A stretch of 63,735 nt of DNA, filler included, from Octopus bimaculoides (GCF_001194135.2; 6 parts of 5 records of this genome joined end to end with filler, not necessarily neighbours in it); one strand, 5' to 3'; counted from the first letter of the whole stretch, positions 1 to 13,156 are shown. Made by a program: numbers and translations. Notes: generated by a model from the sequence alone, not told the origin.

Positions 1-400
1 GGTCAAACGGCCGAACCAATGTTTACGATGTTTTTCGGGATTATGAAGAAAGTAATCAAGAAAGGTTTTAGTGAAAGAAATGTGGATAAGTACGATTATT
101 TAGTGGATATTGAGTCTTGTATTCATAAAACACCTTTGATTTTTTTTTTTTTTTGGTTAAAATTCTGGCAAAGAGGATTAACTCTTGATTTCCCCCCTGT
201 AATGGGCGTTATGTCCGTCTGTCCGTCTCTTTGTCTGTTTCCCACTTCACGGTCAAACGGCCGAACCAATGTTTACGATAATTTTACGGACTACACGGAC
301 GGTTGTCAGGAAGGTTTTTAGCATTGAACAATCAGAAAGTATGATTATTTCGTGGATATATCGATTTTTTGAATTGATAAACCACCTTTGAATTTTTCTT
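1..400. repeat. 250-bp-period tandem duplication of a repeat segment, possibly a non-autonomous Helentron/HINE-like element
   Basis: GGTCAAACGGCCGAACCAATGTTTACGAT occurs at 1-29 and 251-279, with continued looser similarity for ~140 bp. A GTCCGTCTGTCCGTC motif at ~212-226 resembles DINE-1/HINE cores. Confidence 0.5.
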
Positions 401-453
401 AAAAATTCACCTTCCACAATTTTCATTGTATAGCTTGTGGCACGATCCTCGGC

Positions 454-524
454 TCGTACAGCGAATTACTCGTACAATAGTGCACTCGTACAATGGTGCA
501 CTCGTATTGCGAGGTTCTACTGTA
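454..524 (-). mobile_element. Terminus of a Tigger/pogo-like MITE
   Basis: Reverse complement reads TA|CAGTAGAACCTCGCAATACGAG (Tigger-type TIR plus TA). 16-bp subterminal repeats ACTCGTACAATRGTGC at 468-499. Confidence 0.5.
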
Positions 525-646
525 TTTGCTAAGTGCTTACGGCCTCTGTTGGTCTTAACCTGGCCCTGCTTCTACCCAGGTCAGTAACAAAATAGCTTCA
601 GCATCGGACGATATTTAATCCCCCATCCTAAATCAACGAAACCTAC

Positions 647-809
647 CTTCAATTTCTTCATTTCTGCTGCTTTCAGTTGATCATTGATACCAGCCCCGTC
701 GTACCTCCTAGGTGGACTTGTCTTCAGACGCTTAACATTATTTATAGCAGCGGTCTTATGATGCTTATAAGTAATCTATACTGCTAGCGCTGAGTGACTC
801 GCGAATTAT
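647..809 (-). other. Candidate exon of an unidentified minus-strand transcript
   Basis: Acceptor TCTTGTTCGTTTTACAG ends at 810 and donor AAG|GTAGGT lies at 646. The 3' part is open as ITYKHHKTAAINNVKRLKTSPPRRYDGAGINDQLKAAEMKKLK. Upstream 780-960 is CpG-richer than its surroundings. Confidence 0.3.
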
Positions 810-999
810 CTGTAAAACGAACAAGATACTTGTACGTAGATAGCAAGACAACGCTAATGTTACGTCACCTCAGATGCGGAGAAAGACGGACGGACGCGAA
901 CATCGTTGATCACGTGGTCACACAGCGAACTTTTGAAACTTCACTCAGTGTGGGCGTGCATTTGTGTGTGTGTTGGTGGGTTGGTGTGAGTGTATTTGT

Positions 1000-1151
1000 A
1001 ATTGAATACACACACACATTTATATATATATATATATATATATATTTATAGATATATATTCATGTATGTATATTCAATTACATTCTCGTAGGTATATATG
1101 GAAAACTCTGTATATATGTTGGGCATGTATGTATGCATGTATATACATACA

Positions 1152-1185
<34 letters not shown>

Positions 1186-1246
1186 CATGCATACACACAT
1201 ACCTATATGTATACAATACATTTACAAATCCACATACAGAACACAA

Positions 1247-1279
<33 letters not shown>

Positions 1280-1347
1280 GTATGTATGTATGTATGTATA
1301 TATGCACACACACACACATAATACACTTAAATCATCCGAATGCACCC

Positions 1348-1382
<35 letters not shown>

Positions 1383-1390
1383 TATATACT
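1000..1390. repeat. Compound microsatellite (TA)n/(CATA)n/(CA)n
   Basis: Directly visible; source of the YIYI/HTYI ORFs. Confidence 0.95.
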
Positions 1391-2329
1391 TTTATAAAAC
1401 AAATTTTACAAAATATATAGTATCTGTTAACAGTCTTAGCCAAAAACTCACAGTTGAGTTTTTNNNNNNNNNNNNNNNNNNNNNNNNNNNNNNNNNNNNN
1501 NNNNNNNNNNNNNNNNNNNNNNNNNNNNNNNNNNNNNNNNNNNNNNNNNNNNNNNNNNNNNNNNNNNNNNNNNNNNNNNNNNNNNNNNNNNNNNNNNNNN
1601 NNNNNNNNNNNNNNNNNNNNNNNNNNNNNNNNNNNNNNNNNNNNNNNNNNNNNNNNNNNNNNNNNNNNNNNNNNNNNNNNNNNNNNNNNNNNNNNNNNNN
1701 NNNNNNNNNNNNNNNNNNNNNNNNNNNNNNNNNNNNNNNNNNNNNNNNNNNNNNNNNNNNNNNNNNNNNNNNNNNNNNNNNNNNNNNNNNNNNNNNNNNN
1801 NNNNNNNNNNNNNNNNNNNNNNNNNNNNNNNNNNNNNNNNNNNNNNNNNNNNNNNNNNNNNNNNNNNNNNNNNNNNNNNNNNNNNNNNNNNNNNNNNNNN
1901 NNNNNNNNNNNNNNNNNNNNNNNNNNNNNNNNNNNNNNNNNNNNNNNNNNNNNNNNNNNNNNNNNNNNNNNNNNNNNNNNNNNNNNNNNNNNNNNNNNNN
2001 NNNNNNNNNNNNNNNNNNNNNNNNNNNNNNNNNNNNNNNNNNNNNNNNNNNNNNNNNNNNNNNNNNNNNNNNNNNNNNNNNNNNATATTATTTTATTTAA
2101 AAGAGTTCCAACTCTGTCTGTTTTTTATGTTTTTTTATTTATATTCTTGTAAAATTTATGTGGGATATAGAATATGGAATATATAATATATAATATAAAA
2201 AAAAGATGGATGGTACAATGAAATGAAGTATTGAATGTCTTATTGAATATATGGAGTATGTCTTATTGAATATATGAAATATTGAGTGTTCAATATAAAG
2301 GATTAAATATATAAATATATATATATAAA

Positions 2330-2560
2330 GGCGAATACGTATTTTCTATACCTTGTGGTATTTCATCATGGCCGGTATGTAAACAACAAAAGGATGTATT
2401 AGTTTGACGCTCGGGAATATATATATATATATATATATGCATATATATATATGTACATATATATTTATATATATATATACATACATGTATATATACATAT
2501 ATATACACACACATTCATATATATACATACATATATATACATATATGTATATAATTTGTT
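2330..2560 (-). repeat. Fragment of a dispersed repeat (PLE pseudo-LTR-like end) followed by (TA)n/(CATA)n
   Basis: GTAAACAACAAAAGGATGTATTAGTTTRACGCTCGGGAATA is shared with 60408-60449; both copies abut (TA)n. Confidence 0.5.
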
Positions 2561-3139
2561 TTATCAACTCGTAAATTAACTTAAGTGATCACGGGTGACT
2601 GTGTCTGTAAATACGTGGTTGTTTTTCTGTGGGTGCGTGCATGCACGTGCAAACAAATGTACGTGTGACAATTTGCGTGCGTGCATACGAATCCGTGTAT
2701 GTGTTCGGCTTAAACCGAGTACCCGAACCTCACTCTCCACCACAAAGAAAGAAAAAAAAACAACAACATGGAATCTTGCACACAAATAACAAATACTCTT
2801 CTACATTAATGTCCAGGACTCTGCATTTAACTCAACTTCAACATCTGTGTTTAACCTCATTTTTGTTTTTTAAGGATTCTTCTCCAAATTCCGAAGTAGT
2901 AACCCGCCTCGTCCCCCACCCCCCAGTCTCAACCTAGTTTTATTTTCGCTTATCATTCATTCTCACAGGATGCTCTTTGTAACGCGTTGCATGAGTGTAG
3001 ACAGAATGCTTTGCTAAGGAGTATTCTTGTGAGAAAAGCTCATAATGGTGGTGGTGTTGTTTTGCTTGTTTGTCTTTCGTTACAGTTACAACTATTTTCG
3101 ACATCATCGGAGACACCATCGTCGTTGTCGTCGTCATTC

Positions 3140-3242
3140 TCCCCCACTCCCTCCTCCTCCTCCTCTTCCTACCACTCCCCCTCTTCCTCCCACTCCCCCT
3201 CTTCCTCCCACTCCCCCTCTTCCTCCCACTCCCCCTCTTCCT
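3140..3242. repeat. 18-bp pyrimidine-rich minisatellite (CTCTTCCTCCCACTCCCC)n
   Basis: About four direct copies running into a gap. Confidence 0.85.
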
Positions 3243-3286
3243 NNNNNNNNNNNNNNNNNNNNNNNNNNNNNNNNNNNNNNNNNNNN

Positions 3287-3298
3287 TTAATTAATTAA
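3287..3298. other. Assembly gap linker TTAATTAATTAA (also at 7779, 20904, 46049, 62645)
   Basis: Identical six-frame-stop 12-mer centred in N runs five times. Confidence 0.95.
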
Positions 3299-3342
3299 NN
3301 NNNNNNNNNNNNNNNNNNNNNNNNNNNNNNNNNNNNNNNNNN

Positions 3343-3421
<79 letters not shown>

Positions 3422-3936
3422 ATACGTGTGTGTGTGTGTACGAACATAAACATTGCACGCACATATAAAAACACATACATATATACACACATCCATCTAA
3501 ACGCACATACATATACACATACGTCTCACACATATGTCACACGAACTCCAACTACTTCGTTCTCCTCTCACTGGTCTTTCGGTCTTTCTCTCTTACACGC
3601 CATCGTGCCTAACTACCTTTCTCTATCTCTCTATCTATCTCTATCTCTAATTTTCTCTCTATCTGTTTTTTATTCTCTCCCACCCTCTCACAACCAACCT
3701 TTTTCTCTCCTTCGCCCTTTCTCTCTCCAGTTTCTCTATCGATTACACATAATTGACCTATTTTTAATAAACCACTTTCCAACCGAGCTTGCCGTTCATT
3801 TCCTACCCTAACTTCCAACTCATTACTTCTCTGCCTCTCTTTCTCTCTCTCACACGCACGCACTCACACGCATACATACTCATATATATATATATATATA
3901 TATATACACTCACACACATTTCATAGTCGTTTTCAT

Positions 3937-3990
<54 letters not shown>

Positions 3991-5167
3991 GATTTCTTTC
4001 TGTCGTGCTTTGTCCCTTCCTCTCTTCATCTCCTTCGTTCTCTTCTTCACTACTTTCATATTCACCCCATCGCCCCAACATTTCCCATCTCTCTTACCTT
4101 CTCTTTTCTATATATGTTTAATTCTTTTCATTCTCCTCACCGTCTGTAGAAGTCACGCTTCCACTCTCTATTTCTTAGTCTCCCCCTCTCTTTCTGTCTT
4201 TCTCTGTCTCTTTCTCTCGTTCTTTTTCTCTCGTTCTTTTTCTCTCGTTCTTTTTCTCTCTCTTTTTTTTTTACCCCTATGTGGGTGAAGATAGCTCCCA
4301 TAATGCATCACGATATATACATCAAATTTATTAGGGAAGCAATTTTTTCCTTTTACACAATCCAGAATTTCTGCTATTATGTCACCATTGAGAGTTTGTA
4401 TTTCAGTAACCCAGTGTGTGTGTGTGTGTGTGAGTGTGTGCGTGCGTTTGTTTGTACATGCGTGCGTATATATGTGTATATGTTTCGAAAAGTTTACGTA
4501 TCTGTGTGCAATATATATGTATATATATATATATATATNNNNNNNNNNNNNNNNNNNNNNNNNNNNNNNNNNNNNNNNNNNNNNNNNNNNNNNNNNNNNN
4601 NNNNNNNNNNNNNNNNNNNNNNNNNNNNNNNNNNNNNNNNNNNNNNNNNNNNNNNNNNNNNNNNNNNNNNNNNNNNNNNNNNNNNNNNNNNNNNNNNNNN
4701 NNNNNNNNNNNNNNNNNNNNNNNNNNNNNNNNNNNNNNNNNNNNNNNNNNNNNNNNNNNNNNNNNNNNNNNNNNNNNNNNNNNNNNNNNNNNNNNNNNNN
4801 NNNNNNNNNNNNNNNNNNNNNNNNNNNNNNNNNNNNNNNNNNNNNNNNNNNNNNNNNNNNNNNNNNNNNNNNNNNNNNNNNNNNNNNNNNNNNNNNNNNN
4901 NNNNNNNNNNNNNNNNNNNNNNNNNNNNNNNNNNNNNNNNNNNNNNNNNNNNNNNNNNNNNNNNNNNNNNNNNNNNNNNNNNNNNNNNNNNNNNNNNNNN
5001 NNNNNNNNNNNNNNNNNNNNNNNNNNNNNNNNNNNNNNNNNNNNNNNNNNNNNNNNNNNNNNNNNNNNNNNNNNNNNNNNNNNNNNNNNNNNNNNNNNNN
5101 NNNNNNNNNNNNNNNNNNNNNNNNNNNNNNNNNNNNNNNNNNNNNNNNNNNNNNNNNNNNNNNNNNN

Positions 5168-6803
5168 NGGTAGGAGCTGCCTGACCCAGCTCTTACAACA
5201 TTACGACTGGGTGTTGAGGCAGTTACTCAACAACTCAAATGTGGACGTAATATACCTTGATTTTGCAAAAGCTTTTAACAAAGTGGATCTTGGTGTGATA
5301 TGCCACAAACTGCGTGATCTTGGCATAGCTGGAAAACTTGGAGAGTGGTTACATGACTTTCTGAAAGATAGAAGTCAGGCAGTAGCGGCTAATGGAGCCA
5401 CCTCTATGAAAACACAAATAATGAGCGGTGTTCCACAGGGCACTGTCTTGGGACCATTGCTTTTTATAGTCGCTCTCTCAGATATGCCTTCAAGTGCCCG
5501 GATAGACACTCTTGCAAGCTACGCAGACGATACAAATGTCTCGCAGAAAATACAGAACTCAAGTGATGTTGCACACCTGCAAGAGGAATTGGACTCAGTT
5601 TACAGATAGGCTGAGGACAATAATATGCTGAAAAATTCCAAGCCTTGCGCTACCAACGTCCAAAACTGAATATGAAACTTACAGAGTACACTGGTCCACA
5701 GGGAATTTCAATCCCATAGCCTAAATCAGTGAGAGACCTGGGTATCGACATGAGTGATGATACCTCTTTCCAAGTGCACATTACCAGAATGGCAACAAAG
5801 TGCAGACGATTGGCTGGATGGATCCTGAGAACATTCAGAACCAGAGATAAGGAAACCATGATGATCCTCTGGAGGACATTCGTCCTCAGCCGCCTGGATT
5901 ACTGCTCACAGCTGTGGTCACCCACCAGTCTGAAATTAACAGCAGACCTTGAAGCAATCCAGAGGAGATTCACAAAGAAGATTGTTTCTTTGCAACTGCT
6001 CAGCTNNNNNNNNNNNNNNNNNNNNNNNNNNNNNNNNNNNNNNNNNNNNNNNNNNNNNNNNNNNNNNNNNNNNNNNNNNNNNNNNNNNNNNNNNNNNNNN
6101 NNNNNNNNNNNNNNNNNNNNNNNNNNNNNNNNNNNNNNNNNNNNNNNNNNNNNNNNNNNNNNNNNNNNNNNNNNNNNNNNNNNNNNNNNNNNNNNNNNNN
6201 NNNNNNNNNNNNNNNNNNNNNNNNNNNNNNNNNNNNNNNNNNNNNNNNNNNNNNNNNNNNNNNNNNNNNNNNNNNNNNNNNNNNNNNNNNNNNNNNNNNN
6301 NNNNNNNNNNNNNNNNNNNNNNNNNNNNNNNNNNNNNNNNNNNNNNNNNNNNNNNNNNNNNNNNNNNNNNNNNNNNNNNNNNNNNNNNNNNNNNNNNNNN
6401 NNNNNNNNNNNNNNNNNNNNNNNNNNNNNNNNNNNNNNNNNNNNNNNNNNNNNNNNNNNNNNNNNNNNNNNNNNNNNNNNNNNNNNNNNNNNNNNNNNNN
6501 NNNNNNNNTCGCGCTTCAGGACCAGTTACTGCAACAGCTTGGGATTCAGGGGCCCACAGCTTTTTAATATTCTCCCAAAGAGCCTGAGGAATCTGCACAA
6601 AGTAGATGTAGGAGTTTTTAAATCAAAGCTGGACCTCTTCCTATCGAGAGTCCCAGAGGAACCTACCTCGCGGCAGGAGGTGCAAATGAGGGTTGCTAAA
6701 TCAAACTCCATATTGTAAGAGGCTCCCTGTAATAACAGTGTAGCAACACGGTGGTGCATCAGCATGGCCGCAGCTCTAAGCTGAAACTTAAAAAAAAAAA
6801 AAA
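5168..6803 (+). mobile_element. CR1-clade LINE: ORF2 reverse transcriptase C-terminal half, 3' UTR and poly(A); disrupted
   Basis: Motifs GRSCLTQLL, DVIYLDFAKAFNKV, SGVPQGTVLGPLLF, YADD, RDLGI, SRLDYCSQLWSP and LGFRGPQLFNILP. Stop at 5607-5609 and frameshift near 5630-5730; A-run at ~6790-6803; a gap interrupts 6006-6508. Confidence 0.93.
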
Positions 6804-7401
6804 TATATATATATGTATGTATTTGTATGTATTTATATAAGTACGTACACACATGGAGATATGTATGCACATACATATATATGTATATATGCGCATACAT
6901 ATATATATGCATACACACGTATATGTAAGTATATGAACATATGATGTGGTGTTATGTGTGGGCGTATACATACATACACACAATGTTACATGACACCAAA
7001 TGACACGGATTAATAAAGTCCGGAAGGTGTAACGTATGACATAAAATTCTGTGTAACAATGTACTTTTACCTGAGAATATGACTTTACTAGTTAAATATT
7101 TCTTCTTACCCGACATTTTCAGTTACATTTTAACTTGTTCATAGTATTACTGGGAACACACAGGTATAATATGAATAACTACAGTCCGAAACGTCACTAG
7201 TCCTTCCTTTTAAGCATTAAACTAAGGTAACAATTGTCAAACCTTGTCCCACTAGTGTTGTTTTCTTTTTTCTGCTCATTGCCTAAAACATACACACATG
7301 CATGAATACATATATGCATTCATATACATACATACATACATACATGTATGCATACATATATGTGAAAATGATAAATAATATATATAATATATATATATAT
7401 A

Positions 7402-7620
7402 TTCTTTTATTTATCATTCTTTTATTTGTCTCAGTCATTTGACTGCGGCCATGCTGGAGCACCGTGTTTAGTTGAGCAAATCGACCCCAGGACTTATTCC
7501 TCGTAAGCCAAGTTTTTATTCTATCGGTCTATTTTGCCGAACCGCTAAGCGACGGGGACGTAAGCACACCAGCATCGGTTGTCAAGCGATGTGGGGAGGG
7601 GGACAAACTGAGACACACAT
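7402..7620 (-). mobile_element. SINE family A, 3' half
   Basis: Reverse complement matches the recurrent module CATCGCTTGACAACCGATGCTGGTGTG...GATAGAATAAGTACT...GGTGCTCCAGCATGGCCGCAGTCAAATGACTGA seen at 11110-11280 and many other sites. Confidence 0.85.
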
Positions 7621-7695
7621 ACAAATACATACGCACACACACACACACACATACACATACACACACACACACATGCACACACATATATATATATG

Positions 7696-7734
<39 letters not shown>

Positions 7735-8384
7735 NNNNNNNNNNNNNNNNNNNNNNNNNNNNNNNNNNNNNNNNNNNNTTAATTAATTAANNNNNNNNNN
7801 NNNNNNNNNNNNNNNNNNNNNNNNNNNNNNNNNNGATCTACATATATACATATATGTACTTATATTTGTTTATATATTTACATAGACACATACATACATA
7901 CATATAAATAGAAAGAGAGAGAGAGAGAGATGAACAAATACACACACATATATACATATGTGTATCTCACACACATACATACATGTGACGGTATCGACAA
8001 GAGTATCAGATGTTGTTATACATCGCTTGTCACAATACGCTTCACATAGTTTTAACTTTCGTATGACGCCACGACGCTGGCTAGGCGAGCAGGCCAGCAT
8101 TACCCCTGATTGAAAGATTATTCCGTCGCAGGGTAAGCCATAGTCGAGTGAACTGGAGCTAGGTAAAACGAAGTAGAGTAATCTCTCGCCATATCGCGGT
8201 TCACGGTTAATTATTTAAGCTGACGTCGATTCCTCCGTCGGTGCTGTTTTGCATTTATAGTAAAATAAAGATATTCAAATTCTAAAAATTACAGAGCGGT
8301 TTTGCCGCGGCAATGTTTTGTGAGTTTTAACAGTACTCCTGCTTTTATGAGTACTTGCGTATAACGGTCTAATGGTATTGATCT

Positions 8385-8585
8385 TTATCTTTTATCTGTT
8401 TCAGACATTAGACTATGGCCATGCTGGGACACTGCCATGAAGAATTTTTAGTTAAATGAATCGATTGCAGGAATTTTCATTCTTATTCTATAAGTTTCTT
8501 TTTGCCAAACCCCTAGATTCCGGGGACGTAAACACAAAGCAACACCGGTTGTCAAACTGTGATGGGGGGTTCAAAGAAGCGCGCG

Positions 8586-8621
<36 letters not shown>

Positions 8622-8790
8622 TATATATATACAGGACAGTCTTCATTCAGTTTCTCTCTACCAAATCCACTCACAAGGGTTTTGGTAGGTTCGAGGTTAC
8701 AGCAGAAGACACTTGCACAAGGAGCCACACAGCGGGACTGAACCTGGAACCTTGTGGTCGGGAAGCATGCTTCTTACCACACAGCCCCGT
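8385..8790 (-). mobile_element. SINE family A, near full length, with internal (CA)n/(TA)n
   Basis: Head TGTGGTAAGAAGCATGCTTCC...GGTTCAGTCCC, internal microsatellite, and family A tail. Confidence 0.85.
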
Positions 8791-8890
8791 CTGCACCTGG
8801 TTTCATTTATGTTCTTATCCGAGAAGCCTTCATTTGCCAAAGTTGCTAAAATGATACTAATGCAATGTAATAAATTTAATGCATCTATCG

Positions 8891-9010
8891 TACGAGGGGT
8901 GCTGAAAAATTCTTTGCTTTGGCTAAAAGAAAAAAATACAGGAGAATCAGTTAGTTATGATTTTATTCAACATATTCCCTTCTCAGATTTACACACTTAT
9001 TGCAGCGGTA
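8891..9010 (+). mobile_element. Mariner-derived MITE, 5' half
   Basis: TACGAGGGGTGCTGAAAA... is nearly identical to the start of the complete copy at 15425-15645. Confidence 0.8.
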
Positions 9011-9369
9011 TGCATATATGTTTGTATGTATGCATGTATATGTGCAGATTTGTAAGTTTCGCTTTATGTATGTATGTTCATGCATATAGTTGTACATCTA
9101 GAAAGCTCATATTTAAAATGATAAACTTCTGGAAAGTTTTACAGATATTTACAGTTCCAGTGATGGATTGGATCTGTAGTCTTCGAATTAGCTTTTACCT
9201 TTCTGGGTTTGAGAAGCATAATTTCTCAAGATTGGTATTTAGGCAGTATGTTACATATCCTAGAGTTCCAATAATTACTGAACTTGTAATCTGGATAGAG
9301 TAACTGCAGATTTCGCAATAGTTCAGCTTTATGTTAACATCCGCTGGGCAGCTAATGTTTGCGTATATA

Positions 9370-9495
9370 CGTATGGTTTGTTGGTCGGTTGGTTGGATGG
9401 CTAGCTAGCTGGTTGGCTGGCTGGCTGGCTGGCGGGATGGATGGATGGATGGATGGATGGATGGATGGATGGATGGATGGATGGATGGATGGATT
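9370..9495. repeat. (GGTT)/(GGCT)/(GGAT)n tetranucleotide microsatellite
   Basis: Directly visible. Confidence 0.95.
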
Positions 9496-9816
9496 GCCAT
9501 AACCATACTTTAAGCCCTCAGTTTCTGACGTAGCCTTACGAGCGCTGTTGTAAAGTACGGCGTGTCTCCAGATCTGATTACACAGCCGATATTCTACGAG
9601 GAAAGAGAGTGACAAGGAAAGAGAGAAAGAGAGAGAAAGAGAGAGACTGACAGTCAGACAAAAACAGAAAGACACACAGAAACAGAGATAGGGTATGTAT
9701 TTATATATTATGTATGAATGTATGCACGCATGCATGTATATATACGTGAGTGTACATACATATATTATATATTATGTGTGTGTGAGAGAGTGTCTATACA
9801 CACACACATACACACA

Positions 9817-10730
9817 CAGAGGGTTCGTCAGATTTTTGAGGTCACTTGTATTAATTTAGAAAAAGACGCATAGTTCACCAAACAAATGTAGTATTCGCCA
9901 ACAAAATTGGTACAAATAATCTTGAAAATGCTTTTATCACACCTATTCACTGAATCCACCATTAACATTAATGGCTGCTTTTATACAGGCTCAGAAGCGT
10001 TGATACGACCGAATCAGATGATCTTTAACAATTTGTGACATAGAGCTAATTATGGCAGACTTGAAAGATCGTATGGTCTTGTGGAGAGTTTTGATTGTCC
10101 TCTCTACTACGCCCCATGCGTAAATGTTCAGTGGATTGAGGACTCGTGAGCTAAGTACGTGAGAGGACATAATCATGGAGATTAGTACGCATCCATGCTT
10201 TGACTGTCCGAGCCTTATGAGACAGTGCAGTCTTGCTGGAAGACACACGATCTTCCGTTGCATACTCTGTCTAACCAGAGCCTCACAACTTTCTCAAACA
10301 CACTTGCGTAGACAGTGGCATTAACTCTTACGTCCTGTGAAAAAGCAGAAGGAGGCATGACATTCCCCTCGTTGCTGATGACTCTCAGAACCATCACAGC
10401 TGCTGGGGATTTTGTATGCCTGACTGATGGAACCTCAATCGGGTTTCTGCATAACCATTTGTTGTTCTTTCAGCTTACTTTTTTTGGCCCTGATCAGATT
10501 TTTTCCACGTCGTTGAAAAACCAAAGTTTTCCAGCCTCTTAGTGTTTTAACTTGTTTAGCAAGCGCTTTGCATGGATTGAATGATTTTCTCTTGTCACAT
10601 CTGACATAAGTTGATCACTACGCATCACATTTATTTCAATATTTCTTGTTAATAGAGACAGAGCCGTTTTCTAAATTAGATCCAAGGCTCCTTCATTGGA
10701 ATTTCAAAATCAACAACAGGCTATTTTTGT
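9817..10730 (-). mobile_element. Decayed Tc1/mariner transposon, maT/DD37D-like transposase
   Basis: Minus-strand peptides MMVLRVISNEGNVMPP...VFEKVVRLWLDRVCNGRSCVFQQD and SRVLNPLNIYAWGVVE (cf. FQQD and SPDLNPLDY), with multiple frameshifts. Confidence 0.8.
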
Positions 10731-10741
10731 TTGTATATATG

Positions 10742-10772
<31 letters not shown>

Positions 10773-10829
10773 AAATTGTGTATGGATTAGATTGCTTTGA
10801 ATTAATTTTCCTGACTCTTTATGCTCTTT

Positions 10830-10949
10830 ACATCCTGGGTTCATTCCTACTGCATGATACCTTGGGCAAGCGTCTTCTACTATGGCTTCGGGCCGACCAA
10901 AGCCTTGTGAGTGGATTTAGTAGACGGAAGCTGAAAGAAGCCTGTCGTA

Positions 10950-11019
<70 letters not shown>

Positions 11020-11029
11020 NNNNNNNNNN

Positions 11030-11088
<59 letters not shown>

Positions 11089-11300
11089 TGTGTCTGTGTT
11101 TGTTCCCCCAACATCGCTTGACAACCGATGCTGGTGTGTTTACGTCCCCGTAAACTTAGCGGTCCGGCAAAAGAGACCGATAGAATAAGTACTAGGCTTA
11201 GAAAGAATAATAAGTCCTGGGGTCGATTTGCTCGACTAAAGGCGGTGCTTCAGCATGACCGCAGTCAAATGACTGAAACAAGTAAAAGAGAAAAAGAGAA
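10830..11300 (+). mobile_element. SINE family A, near full length, young
   Basis: CCTTGGGCAAG core, GGGCCGACCAAAGCCTTGTGAGTGGATTT, internal (TA)n(TG)n, and tail ending GACTGAAACAAGTAAAAGAG. Confidence 0.9.
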
Positions 11301-11798
11301 AATCCCTTCGAGGTTAACTTTTCCTTTCGTCCTTTCGGGGTCGTTAATTATTGTAGTAGTCATGTACAGGGTCGATTCCTGTCTATATATATATTTATCG
11401 TTCTCTAGAGAAAATTGATTGTGGGCTGGCCTCCTCCAGTTTAAATAATTCTCTCTAATATAGGCACAAGGCTGAAACGTTAGGAAAAAGGGCCGGTCAA
11501 TTATATCTACGTCATTGCTAGACTGTTGCTTATTTTATCGGCTACGAAATGATGCAAGGCAAACTCAACCTGGGTGGAATTTGGACTCAAAACGTAAAGC
11601 CAGAAAAAATGCCACGAAGCAGTCAGACTCTGCCAGTTCGCCACCTTTTGCCGTGCTTAATAATGCCCAGAATGTCACAATGGTGCCCCTGGAACTCCGT
11701 CCAAGCGTTTAAGCCCAAGGAAATACATATGCATACACATATGTATGTGTATATATGGGTGTGTATGTATGTATAAATTCATAGATACGCCCGCATGA

Positions 11799-11847
<49 letters not shown>

Positions 11848-13156
11848 CGTGCGTGTGTGTATGCAAAGCTGAGTATTGAAAAACTATAACGTTACTTAAC
11901 AACTACCACACAGCTTCTATTCATTGGATGTTTACCATAGAGCTATGCAAGAGCTAACCTTTGTTTTGCTTTGTTTTGTTTTGTTTTGTTTTTTTCCTAC
12001 ACCCACCATCGCCGTCTATTAGATGTTTTCCGAAATGTGTAATACGATAGTATCATTCGAAGAAAATGAAGAGATATGTCAGTTCTCGCTCTGCTATTTC
12101 GATTGAAAGAACCTATAACACTCGCTCCACAACGTTCCAAGAACCGCCTCGTCACTGCACAGCTTAAAAGCCAACAGGCAATTATGCAGACGGAATTTTG
12201 TAACTGGTTTTTATACCAAGAAAGAAGGGAAACAACTAGAAAAAACAACAACAACAACAACAACAACAACAGAAGCAACAACAACAATAATAAACAATAA
12301 AAGCACCAGCAGTAACAACTGGCTGGCGATGTTCCTAGTTCCACATGGTGCCAGAAGGAGGAATCCAAACCTTATTAACTGATAGCCCAACTCTTATTAA
12401 TTTACACGATACTTTATCAGTTTAACTTATAAGCTAATTACATGGCTAATATAAAAATTACAAGGATAGTGAAATACGTTACAGGTTTCTGAAATATATA
12501 AACAAATATTTGGATCGCTAAAAATATTCGAGTAGCTTATCAATACGACGCTACTATATAACTCCTTCCTTTACGACACTCTAGACTGCGATCGTTGCAT
12601 CATTCTCTACATTAGATTATATTACTCTCAAAACACGCCAAAACAACGTCTCGCAGTTCTATCGTACAGTAATATTTAACATATACCTAATCTATAAAAC
12701 TGTTTTAGAGCAACAATAACAACAGCAACAACAACAACCAGAATGTATAAGACATCTACAGTTTCCGGAACAGAAATTCAATACGCATACTTTATATATC
12801 TATATTCTTACATACGTGTATGTATATATATATATATATANNNNNNNNNNNNNNNNNNNNNNNNNNNNNNNNNNNNNNNNNNNNNNNNNNNNNNNNNNNN
12901 NNNNNNNNNNNNNNNNNNNNNNNNNNNNNNNNNNNNNNNNNNNNNNNNNNNNNNNNNNNNNNNNNNNNNNNNNNNNNNNNNNNNNNNNNNNNNNNNNNNN
13001 NNNNNNNNNNNNNNNNNNNNNNNNNNNNNNNNNNNNNNNNNNNNNNNNNNNNNNNNNNNNNNNNNNNNNNNNNNNNNNNNNNNNNNNNNNNNNNNNNNNN
13101 NNNNNNNNNNNNNNNNNNNNNNNNNNNNNNNNNNNNNNNNNNNNNNNNNNNNNNNN

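Noticed and set aside
3287-3298. TTAATTAATTAA palindrome repeated five times
   Set aside because: Always centred in N runs: an artificial six-frame-stop scaffold linker. It also means adjacency across these gaps is unverified.
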